A stretch of DNA of 63,899 bases, filler included, from Folioceros fuciformis (Eukaryota): assembly GCA_049999805.1 (NCBI GenBank). It is 8 parts of 8 records of this genome, joined end to end, with 100 filler letters (N's around TTAATTAATTAA, not from the genome) between each part and the next. Parts side by side here need not be neighbours in the genome. Positions count along the whole stretch, not along the records: positions 10,408 to 20,414 come from JBNGIO010003181.1; positions 20,515 to 31,948 come from JBNGIO010003182.1; 6 more parts are not named here. One strand, given 5' to 3'. The notes beneath the pieces were generated by a model. That model saw only the letters and a list, made by a program, of their open reading frames with translations. It made no database searches and had not been told where the DNA came from. The position numbers and the translations under genes are program-made. Below, in pieces: positions 11,642 to 23,500 of the stretch. Within the stretch, counting starts at the first letter, position 1, and each line of letters opens with the position of its first letter.

Positions 11642-14278
11642 AGCTCTCCGCTCTAGAAAACTCTAACAGTAGTTCACGAAAGTGTAAGAACTTATCTCTA
11701 CCTAGAGACTTAGTAAAGATATCTACTACCTGGTCTTCGGTCTTCACGTGCCGAAGATCTATCTTCTCAGATAATACCGCTTCCCTGATGAAGTGATAAT
11801 GTACTTCTATTTTCTTCGAACAAGCATGAAACACAGGATTAGTAGCCAACCTCATGCTACTCATGTTGTCACAGTAGATTGTAACCTTGCTGTTCACTAT
11901 ATTTCCAAGATCATGTAGCAACTTCTGCAACCAAGCTGCTTCACAGGCTGCCATTGCAGCTCCTCGATACTCTGCTTCTGTGCTTGACAAAGCAACTGTC
12001 GGTTGTTTCTTGCTTTGCCAGTTGATCATACTTTTTTCCAGACTGAATGCATATCCACTGGTTGATCTTCTGTCATACGTACAACCAGCCCAATCAAGCA
12101 TCTGTATATCCTGTCAGTTCAAGATGCTTTCTATGCTCATAGAGCAATCCAAACTCCGTAGTTCCTTTCACATATCTCATGATTCTTCTAACTGCATCCA
12201 AGTGCGGTTTCCTTGGGTTCTGCATGAATTGACTAATCAGTCCCACTACATAACTTAAGTCAGGACGTGTGATAGTCAAGTAGATCAAACTTCCGACCAT
12301 CTGTCAATACATAGTCACATTTTACAGCTCAGCTCCTACATCCATTTGCAGCTTGACGTTCTGCTCCAATGGTGTATCCATCGCTTTGCAATCTGCCATG
12401 CCATACTTCTGCAATATATCCTTAGCATATTGTTTTTGGAATAGCCAGATTCCTTGAGGTGTAGACACAACCTCAATTCCTAAGAAGTATCTGAGTTCAC
12501 CAAGATCCTTCACCTTGAACTCTTTTTGCAGATTTGCCTTGACATCTGCAATACCATCTACATCATCTCCTGTGATGATCAGGTCGTCAACATAAACGAC
12601 AAGACACACTTGTCCTACCTTGGTCTTCCTACAATTCCTTTGTGCTTTATGTCATGTTGTGTGTCATCTCCTGTACACACATGACCATGGGGACCTGCAT
12701 CCATCTTGTTAAACCACTCGTCATGTGGAGTCATGTGGTTTGATGCTCATGAATCAATGTACCATCTCTCATCATTCTGCCCATCCTGTTCAAAGAGATG
12801 TTGCATGGCAAACAACCTATCCTGGTCATTTCCAGCATTACTAGAGGAGGCATAGTTCCCATGCTGCCTTCCTTTTCCTTTCATGTCTGCTTGCTGCTTA
12901 TAGTAGTCCTTAGCAATATGACCAACCTTACCACAGTAGTAACACTCCTTGTCTCTATTGGAATGGTCATAAGATTGAAAAGAACCATCTCTTCCTCTTG
13001 TGGCTCTACCTGCGCCTCTAAAACTTCCAGATTCTCTCTGGCCTTGAGCATTTCCTCCACGCCAATTGTCTTGCTGATTCTGCATGTTCCAAGCATCACC
13101 CCGTCCTCGGAATGAACCACGATCTCTGTGGCCTCTCCCACGCTGGTTAGAAAACAAAACAGTGTCTCTACCTTGAGGTATACCTGAACCTGTGTTCAGA
13201 CCAAGCTTAACTTCCTCATGCAGCAACAAAGCAACCAATTCATCCCAACTTGGGAACTCAACTCTCATAGAGATTGATGTGTCAAAGGACTTGTACTCCT
13301 TGCCAAGTCCGTTCAGAGTAACTGCAACCATGTCAACTTCCGTCACACTTGCACCGATTGTAGCAAGCTGATCAACTATGGTCTTCACCTCTGTTGTATA
13401 CACGAGTATGGATCTGCTACCTTGTGACAAGTTGTTGAACTGCTGCTTCAACTGGATTTTCCTAGCATGTGTGACATTTCCATAGTTCCTCATGAGTATG
13501 TCCCATGCATCCTTCGGAGACTCACATCCCGTGATCTGTATGACCATAGCATCTGGAATGCTTAAGGAGAGCCAGTGTAACACTTTACATGCTCTCTCAG
13601 TCCAATGCTTGTGAGCAGTCTTTTGCTCCTGTGATGGAGTACGATCCATCTCTGGTTCACTCTCATCACTTGTGTAGAGGTCCTAATAGCCTCTACCTAC
13701 CAAGAAGTTCTTCATCCTGAACTTCCACAAAGCAAAATTCTTGTTATCCAACTTCTCTCCCACGACCTGAGAGATATTGTCTGATCCCTGCATATTAGCC
13801 ATGATTCAGACTCCTTTACGCACCAACACTCTCGCGCCTCTTGCGCACTCTTGCGCCTGTAGCGCTTGTTGCGGCTTCCTACGCCGCCTACGCCGCTGCG
13901 CCTCCTGTGCCTCTCAATGGCTTGCGTTGCCAGCCACCTTCACGCTCACGGCCATAGCCTCAAACCCCCGCCATAGCCACCGGTGGCACCGGCACTCTCT
14001 CTCTGGCTCTGATACCATGTTGAAATAGCACCACAGGCCTAGAAGGACTCCACAGTTCCTTACTTATGGTGCACATGATGCTACATATATAGCCTTCAGG
14101 CAGGGCAACCCTCGATAAGGTAAGCCTTAGTCTTAAGGGTGCAATATCCTAGTATATCCTGATATATCCTGATAACACTTAGGTGATAGATAACTACGAG
14201 TTCAATATGGGATAATCTACACTATCCTAAGTGTTGTATGCTCTTAATAACAAGTCAGTTAGAGCTTGATTTCTAACA
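11642..14278 (-). mobile_element. Internally deleted Copia element (5' LTR, PBS, gag-protease joined to RT C-terminus and RNase H)
   Basis: LTR 14018-14278; PBS at 14006-14017; gag from ATG 13802; CYYCGKVGH knuckle; WYIDS; joins at ~12631 to VVYVDD; RNase H to ~11650. Confidence 0.9.
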
Positions 14279-15288
14279 GACATCACTAGGACAGTTTACA
14301 TAGTGGTGACGAATGCAAGCCATAGAGGTCTTCTTGAACAAGGGCAAGCACGTAGCATAGCACAGAATCCCTTCCTACAGAAAGGCCATCCTCTCTAAGC
14401 ACTTCGTGCAATTAATAGTGGTGACATGACGTTGTGTTTCGACAACCCGGATGTGGAGAACCTACCCTACAAGCCCTATAATCAGTCCATTTCAAGACCA
14501 TCGTGGCCGTTGAAGAAATCCCAGGTGTGTGCTGGGTTGTGGACCCGATCTTCTGCACGATGCTGATCGGATCATGATGCAGGGTGTCCTCCACTCCCGA
14601 CATGATCCGATGCCATCCAAATCTTATGCATCCCCAATGAGTAACATCTTCGTGCTCGTGCCCTTTCCACGCGCAGCAAGTATTTCGCTGTAGAGTCAAA
14701 CAAAGGGGACTGTGCAATGGCGACCACCAGTCAGGCGCTGAAATGTGCGCCAGCTGTGACCTCTGTGCCTTGCCAGAGGGAACCACCAACAGCGGCTCGC
14801 CGGCGTTGCCTATTGTGGAGTCGCCTGCATGTAAGATGCCGGATTCCGTAGGGTGGATGAGGGGAGGGTCAAATAGACTTTGAAGAGGACAGGGGGGTGA
14901 CAAGCCAGCAATACGTGGTGGGAAGATGGGGCCACCAGCTGTGGCATGTGGCAGGGCGACCTCGAAAAGGGGACTAGCATTGATTAAATACGGCATTCAC
15001 AAAAATGTGACAAGTGCACATGCCTGGGGAAGTGGTCATAGTATGGTAGGCACACATTGTGGTTGACAACTGCCATGAGAGAAAAAACAAGAGGACTGTG
15101 AATTTGGTGTGCTTTTCAAAGGAATCTGGGTGCCGTACTTACCAACTGGACATGTATGGCCTCAGGGTTGGGGAAAAAGGAGTGCAATGGATCTCTAAGG
15201 GTGGATGACCGTGGAGTCGCAAAAGCGTTCCTGCACCACCATGGTCATCACAGCCCGTGCTTCAACAGAGAGTGTGTAAAGCCATGCT

Positions 15289-15624
15289 TCACCCTCTGCA
15301 TAGGGGAGCCATCTCAAATTTGCATGCTTGAACAAGCTCTGTGAGCAAGATGCACTCATCTAGATGAAGGGGCAAACTATACCCAAGGCCTGCCTCATCT
15401 TCTTGCACCTGGTAGTAGTGACTGACAACCACCTCCTCCCCTAATTGGTAGGTGGTACGACTCCACAGGCAATGGCAAGCCACTCGAATCTTGTGCTTTG
15501 CTTCGGTGCAGTGTATGAGGTAAAAGTCATGACCCTCGTCTTCCGGGTCCGCTAAAACAAGGAAGTTGTCGCCAACTTCCAAGGCATCTGCCAACTGTGA
15601 GACATCCACATCAGTGTCATCCAC
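15289..15624 (-). pseudogene. Fragment of an unidentified, probably TE-associated protein
   Basis: Protein-like segment LEVGDNFLVLAD...DFYLIHC...VVVSHYY with no start context; flanking frames are broken. Confidence 0.3.
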
Positions 15625-16174
15625 ACAAGCAATAGAATGAGTCCCAGCACTGGGGAGCCTTGTTGATGACTCTGCGGCACCTTGCCTAGTAATCCCATAT
15701 AGTCAAAGTTGAAATCTATATGCATCACACCTATGTGATTTCTGACACCCTAAGACATAAATAGTTTTCGGAACACAAGACAAAGGAGTGTCCTTGCTAG
15801 AAGCTGATGAAGGGGAACCCATGCTGAAAGAGAGGATTATCAATCTGTCACTAGAAAGAACATCTCGTGGCTCGCTCCAAAATCTGCATCCTCCAGCTTT
15901 CATAATTGTAGCATCACGATAGGCAGCAGCAAAAGCATTTCTGGATGCCCCAACGCTAGGCCCAGCATCCAGCTTTGAAGGTGCCTTGCGCTCATCAGTA
16001 AGTGTTGTTTGCACACGCTTCTATACAAATGGAGAAGCGGGAGTCTCATAACATTGTTTCTTCCTGATATAGAAAGCCTCCCCACCATGAACGACTTCAC
16101 TTGGCAGGGCATTGTCCTCATTTAAGTTCATCTCATGCCTAATATGGAAAGTCTCCCCACCATCAAGGACTTCA

Positions 16175-19100
16175 TGTGGAATGCGGGTTTTTGGCAAGTA
16201 CCCGTAGTAGGTAGGGAGCGGCTGATAACATTTTCAGTTTTGTTTGGTCTTGGTATGGTAGGTTAGATGAATGGCGATAATAAGGGGTAGTATTATAAAG
16301 AAGTTACCTTCTTTGGGATGGCTACCTATAGGGAGGTATGCCCACGTAGGGAGGATATCTATGTGGGAGGTAGTACTTAAATAAGAAATATAGTTGTGAA
16401 GGGCAAGCTACCTGTAGAAAAGGGGACACCTCTGTAGGGTGTCTATTAAGAGCAATTACTACATATAGAAGTATACTTACGACAAGAGGGTATTTAAAGG
16501 GGTCCCTACCTAAGGTGTCCCATCAATGAAGGGTGCTCACCTCCACGTAGGGAACTACATCTACCTACATAGCGGGGAACAAGGAAGTAGTTGTGCGACA
16601 AGACACCTACACCGGGGACCTACTTGTTGTGACCAAGTGGACTCAAAGCGAGAGAAAGGGCTTTGCTGTGGTGAGAGCCATAGGGAGGAATGGTGCAGGG
16701 GACGTGAAATCAGCTGGATAGAAGCTGGGAGCAATTGCCTACGGAGGTAGGGGTATAAACTTGCGTAAAGGAGGGCAATCGACATTCTTGGGGTTTTGTT
16801 CCATCAACTATGGCGCGGACCTCCAACAATACTCAGGTGGGTTCTGGCAGGAGGGGGCGACCCACGAGAGCAACCAGCTCTCCCCGAACCAATGTTCCGT
16901 CCTTTTCTTGTTTTGGGGGCCAACTGAACTCAAGGGTTTTGATATACCTACGGACTCCGGCATGTGACGCAAACATCCAACTTGACTGGATATATGGTAG
17001 ACACTGGTCGTATGTTCATGAAGGCTTGGTGAAGGAGTGCTATACCAACCTACAGCAAACGAAGGAGGAGTTGGAAGCCCTACCCGAACGAAACGCGAGG
17101 ACTGACCCTCGGTGTTGGACTGTCCGGAGCATCCGACAGGTGTACGGTAGGTCGGAAGAGGAGAGCGATGGTATTGGGATCTTGGATAAAACCATAGATG
17201 GGCGGAGGTCACCCAGCACCACCCTACCATTTGGGGCACTAGAATTGCTGTTGGGAGGGGAGCTAGCAAGAACCAAGAACGGGTGGAGGACTAAGAGGAT
17301 CAAGGAGCTCAAATGGCGGTTGTTCACTAAGGTGGTTCTTGGATTGGTGAACTATCAATGCACCTCATATTTCAGCAATGCTTTCCTCTACTTCCTTTGG
17401 AGAGTGACTCAAGGAGCAAAGCCAGACTAGGGGTTAATTATGTATGAGGCATATACCTACCACAGGGAGAAGTTGCTCAAGCTGAACGGTAGGGAGGGGG
17501 GGAGTGCATGCTCTACTACCTCGCGACTTACTTGGTGCACTTATGGAAGACAGAAGGGTTGTTAACACAAGAGGAGTTGGAGGAGGCGGAACAACCTTTT
17601 GTAGTTGTCCCGTTGTAGGGGGAGGCTTTTATTTCCGGTGGAGTGCTGACCCCTCTTATGGATGAGGAGTCCCCACTTGATTCCGAATTAGCAATGGCAG
17701 CTTATGATGAGTCTGATGAAGATGACACCCCGTTGATACGGAGACCCAGGGATCAGCAAAGGGACCGAAGGCTACCATTAGTCACCACCGCCGCAACCGA
17801 AGATTCCACACCAACTGAGATGGAGACAGTGAGGGATCCTGGACCAAGTCAGCCAATAGTTGAAGTAGGGTACCAGGTAGAGGATTTGGCGATGACACCA
17901 GTAGTGCAAGCACAGAGTGGAGCACCAGATTTGGGGAGAAGGAGCCCAATGAATTGGGAGGCAACCCGGGGAGCACGCACCACAAGCCAAGGTAACGATA
18001 CTGTTGGGAGTGTGGAGCGACATCATTCGCTGTGGCCAACAGCTACAAAACATCAATAGGGGAGAGGCCCGTGCAATGATTGCAGCCCTATTGCAGGAGG
18101 ACATAAGTCGGGATGCAAACCACGCACGACTAGAATCCAAAGTGCAGGAATTGGAAAAGGAGCGAGAATAGTACCTCCTCAAGGATGGTGAGCAAAGGCA
18201 AGGACTAGAGAAGTTGACCCAGCAGGTGACCACGTTGCAGACTTCCCAACAAGGTTTATCGCATGAGATGATTGCATGTCGAAGGGACCTCACCCAGTCT
18301 GAGGAAACTAGGAAGGTGGTGGAGGAATAGCTACGGGAACAAGTCTAGCTTGCAAAGGATTTACAAGGCAAGCTAGATGAGTTGGAGGCACAGAATGCTA
18401 AAGCGAACCAAGAACTCCAGCAACGCCTTGAAGCAGGGCAATGAGAGGAGGGGTAGGGAACCTACCTACGAGCGGAGGGGAAGGAATGGTAGGGACCCTA
18501 CCTACGGAGGGAGCAACAGGTACCCTACCTACGGAGGGAACATTCCCACCCTACATAGGGAAGGAGCCTCAAGTTGAGGAACAAGGGGAACCCTCCTTTA
18601 CTAAACTTGTAGGTGGTGGTGAAGGGATAGCCCAAGAGATCCACACAAAGGAAGGTACGGTGGAGGCTCGTGGATTCAAAAGAAGACGAATCCCAATAAT
18701 GGAGGGAGGCCCAGTGGCTCAGCCTTCAGACTTTGCCTCCCTTTAGGAGCCATCCTAGCCATACCTTTTGAAAAAGGGGGTCAATGAATGTTCTATGGCG
18801 GCACCTACAATCCTAATCTTCATCGGTGCACACTGCCTTAGCAACTATTGGTAGGTTTTAGCCTCTTGGTAAGTGTGCGTAGTTAAAGCTGGTCGTGGCT
18901 AGTGGTAGGTGGGAAGCCGTCTGCCATCCTATATATGTAGAACAAAGAACTTGAGCCAGAGTCCCCCCATTCTTTGATTGTAAGTGTTTCGTGACGAATA
19001 GAGAACCAATTTTTGTAATCCTGCGTGGACATTTTGGCGGAAGGGGGAGCTGCAAGTGCCCTTTCTGTTGCCAATCGCAAAGCTTCTTGTGATGTCTGGT

Positions 19101-19530
19101 TGGGAGTCTTGAACGTAGGGAAACGCGGAGTTGGATCGTGTAGAAGGTGTTGTGAGGAGACTTGTGGGGAAAGGTGTTGGGTGTAGGTAGTTGGAAGTTG
19201 GTAGGGGGAGGTACTGGGGCCCTTTCAAGTGAAGGAATGGTGTCTTCCTACTGACTGGACGTGTTGAAGGTACGCGGGAAAGGTTGAAGGTCGTAGGCGA
19301 ACAATAAACAAAGTTGGAGGGAGCAGGGTAGGCTTGGAGGAAAACTTGTTGATCGCCGGGCGTAGGGAGATGAGCAGCTAGATTGTGGGTAGAGGAAGGT
19401 GTTGTAGGGAGCCTTGTGAGGAAAAGGTATTGAGTGTAGGGAGGTAGAAATCGGTAGGGGAGGTACCACTCTTCATTCTTCACATATGCTAAGCCTAACG
19501 CTTGGATGTCAATTTGTGCGCATTGTACCA
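16175..19530 (+). mobile_element. LTR-retroelement segment (family Y terminus) with degenerate accessory ORF ~16810-18746
   Basis: The terminus TGTGGAATGCGG... at 16175-16440 recurs inverted at 54402-54667. ORF has KNGWR, YLVHLW..LLTQEE motifs and a coiled-coil tail, like Gypsy extra ORFs. Confidence 0.55.
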
Positions 19531-19546
19531 CTTTTGTTTCGCAACA

Positions 19547-19897
19547 TGTAACATCCGATTATAGGAAGAGTAGATTCTCTTACATTTTGTATGACTAGTG
19601 GTTACTAATAGTCCGAGACTTATTTAAAGTCCAAGGGTTTGGAGTCTAGAGTAGATACTATAATAGTATAGTGGTCCCCTAAGGGTATGTAAAGGGCCTC
19701 CACTCATGCTCTTGTATAGTCTTGTTGCTGAGCCTTGTGATTCTCTAATGGCTATTGTATAGTTGTATAGTCTTGTTAATGAGCCTTGTGATTCTCTATT
19801 GTTATTGTCTTTGTGCTCTTGCTCTTCTGTTATAAAGCCTTTCTTATCTTAATGTGATCCTCATATAATCCTATCATCCGAGATGCCAAAGTTCACA
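19547..19897. repeat. Possible LTR
   Basis: Starts TGTAACATCC, ends GTTCACA, has a short internal duplication. No second copy in the window. Confidence 0.3.
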
Positions 19898-20514
19898 ATC
19901 TAGTTATCCATAGCTAAGTGAAAGTGAAAGGCTGGATGCTCATCGAACCCAAGCTATTGTCACCCTGTTTGGCTGATTCTCTGCAAACTAGTGTGAAATA
20001 AAACTTGTCTCAATTCAAGATACCCAGCTCAACATCCATCGCTAGCTTGTAGCCCTACTACCTATATGTCTTTCCACGTCATGAAAGGCAAATCATACTC
20101 TCCATCATCATGCATATCCCAAGCTAGCTGTGGTCGAACCAAGCAAGTACAACCAGGTGTCACAAGCCAATGTGATTTGAGCATGTCAATTGTTACGGAA
20201 TGGATAATCTGCCCGTAACCCTGCTGACCAGCAAATTACCATAGATCGTAATTAATAGTATTTAATAATTACGAACAAGTGTGCCTCTTTAGAAGAGACA
20301 CCCAGTGACGCTATTTAAGACACACTTTGTATACACCTTTTAGAGACTAACACGAAAGATCTCTCTAAGCATTGCATCTTGATCATGCTAGACTAGATGC
20401 AATCCTAATCATGCNNNNNNNNNNNNNNNNNNNNNNNNNNNNNNNNNNNNNNNNNNNNTTAATTAATTAANNNNNNNNNNNNNNNNNNNNNNNNNNNNNN
20501 NNNNNNNNNNNNNN

Positions 20515-23500
20515 GGCAAGGAGGGGCGGGGCAAGGGCAAGGAGGGTGGCAGGGATGACGAGGGCAGCAGTCTCAGGTTAGGGGCTGACGAGGCGCATTC
20601 CGTCTCCTGGGGGCATTCGTCCAGCTATCGGGATTCGTCCAGGGAGTTCAACAGGGCTGTAGACAGCAAAGTGCGGGCGGGCGAGCTGAAAGGGAAGGGT
20701 GTGCTGGGCTCCAGAACAGGTGCTGCCGCTGGTGCTTCTCGAGATGGGGTTAGGCCGCATGCAGCGAGTGCAAGGCATGTACCATCTGCAGAGAAGCCTC
20801 CTTCGAAAGGGAAGGTGCAGCGAGAGAGGCCACAAATTCCCACCGCCCCGGGCCAGGCAGAGCCAGAATCGAGTTCTGAGGCTCGGCTGTATTCCCCCCA
20901 CTTCTCCAGGCTCAACCGGATTCACACGCGGTCGGGGCCGCTGATTCTCTTTGCGGGAACGAATGCGGATGCCAAAGTGGATCGGCGGGCCAAGGCCGAG
21001 GAGGCGACGCGTCTCAAGCCTGGGCGGACTGTGGAAGGGCATAGGAGGTTTTCGGATGGGGGCTTTAGGATAGGACGCGATACAGCTGTCTTTGAATCTT
21101 CATCTTGCCTGGATGCAGCCAAGGTTGGTGCTTGCCCTTTGAAGATTTGTTTGTAGGCAGCACGTGGTTGTTGGCTTCGAACTGACGCACCTCCTCTTTT
21201 TGCAGCCTGATGAGAAGCTTGGCCGTGACAATATGAGGAACGTGTCAGCGCCAAAAGCAGGAGTTATGGAGTCTGCGTGTACGCAGATGGCTTCTGATGT
21301 TGAAACTCTGTCTATTAAGGCTGTGAAGGTCGGACACAGTAATCGAACTGGTGATTTGGATTCATCTGATAATGAGGTAGCTCGATTCAGCTCCCTTTCT
21401 CTGCTGTTCCGCCTACGTCGTTTTGCAATAGATTCGGCTGAGCTCGAACGAGCGGGTCTTATTTGTCTCGTTTTCTCTCTCTTTGCGCAGAGTCCAATGA
21501 GCCAGTCGGATGCTCCCAAAGAGACAGAGTCACCACGCTTCCAAGCATTGTTAAGGATGACCGGAGGAAAGTCGAAGCCACTGAAGGATATCAAAAGCTT
21601 TTCGCATGAGCTTGATCCAAAGGGTATTCGGCTTGGCGATTTCTGGAGGCCTCACAGCTCGAACGTAAAGGTTAGATTAGGAAAACATCTCCTGTGTGTT
21701 TGGTGGATCTGGAAACATTTGTCGTAGATCAGGATAATGAAAGTCTTTGTCAGAACGTTTGACGTTGAATCAGGACGTGACTTTCGCAGGAGATTTTGGA
21801 TGCTCTACAATCTCGATTTATTTCGTTGAAAGAGGAAGTTGACTCGGAACTAGAAGTTTTTGCTGGAAATCTTGTGGAAATGCTTGAATCAAGTGAGCAT
21901 TCCCAGCCACAGTTGCAGGAGGGCATTGAGGACTTATTGGTCTTGGCACGGAGGTGTGCTGTGATGTCACATACGGATTTTAGGGAGGAATGTGAGGCCA
22001 TCGTTCAGGATTTAGATGACAGGCGGCAAGAGCTGCCAATGGGTATCTTGAAACAGCTTCATACGCGGATGCTCTTTATTTTGACACGGTGTACAAGGCT
22101 GCTGCAGTTACAAAAGGAGAATGCGTTAAATGAAAGTGGTGCTGTGCGCAGATTCCATAAGAACTTCAGGGAAGTTCCGTCACTTGATAGAGCATGGACT
22201 CTCCAGGAGAATGGGAAAGGTGAAGCTCCAACATTTGATAGAACTTGGACTATCCATGAAAATGTAAAGTCGTCCTTCTCAGACCTCAGGAGGGGTGTTG
22301 CACCAGGAGGAAGTTCTGATGCGAGCATCATCACAGATTGGCCTGGTCAAGCAATTAGCGAAACTAGCGTCTCTAAACCTGTGCAACATGTCAGAAGCGA
22401 GTCTGTAGCAGTGAGGGGCAAGCGAGTGGATAGCACTGTATCTGACAAGGTTTTAACTTGGCAGAAGTCGGCTGGGTCAAGTGTGTCAAGTGCTGCTTCG
22501 TCAAGTTCTGCACATCAGACGTCCTCTGAAAAAGTGCAAACGTTCTCAGGCGAATCCCATGCAGAAAGAAAAGGAAAGACATCTAGCGCAAAACCCTTTT
22601 CCAAGGATGTGGAGATGCATGCTTCTAGGACTTCTCAGCACCATAGAGTCGCATGGGGTTATTGGGGTGACCAACCAAACATCTTAGATGACAACTGTCC
22701 AGTCATTTGTAGAATTTGTGAAGACGAAGTTCCTAGCTTGTGTTTGGAGGAACACTCTCGCATATGTGCTTGTGCGGACAGGTGTGACCACAAATCTTTG
22801 AGCGTAGATGATAGGTTACTGAGACTCGCCTTGATTCTGGAAAAGTCGACCGATTTCCACAACACGAATAGCGTACAGAGTGGGTCAAATGGCTTCAATG
22901 AAAACATGAAGCTTTCCCACTCTGAATGTGCGGATTGGTTTCATGATCCAACGGGAGCACTTCATGAAAGGGGCAAGCACATGATGGAGGATATCCAGGA
23001 TAATGGAGGGGCTGAGGAATTTGAGCATCCTTTTAATGGGCAAGCTCGTCCAAGGTCTGAGCAAAGTTCGACTTCTTCCACAGCATCTCCTCTTGTCACA
23101 CCGACAAGTGTGATGGATCTGTCGATGTGTGATCGGATCCATCTCGCTGATGCTGAAGATGTTATGCAGGTCGAACATTGCCTTCTTGGGTCCCTGCACA
23201 TCTTAGGGTGCAATCATTTTTCTGAGTACTGTAATGTTGGGAACCAGCCTCAGGTCTGACCTGCTAGTTGCTTGTCTTTTGCAGATCAACGAGCTAGCTG
23301 ACATTGCCAGATGTGCTGCAAATGCTAACACATCGGATGGTGGGGTGCTGGAGTACCTAGACTCGTGCATACAAGACCTGGAAGACGTCCTTCAGCAGAG
23401 CAAGGCGGCAGCCCTTACAGTGGACACTTTTGGAAGGCGGATTCGAAGACTCTTGAGGTAGGGTGTAATGGAGGTGTCCAAATATATCACGTCTGTGTCA

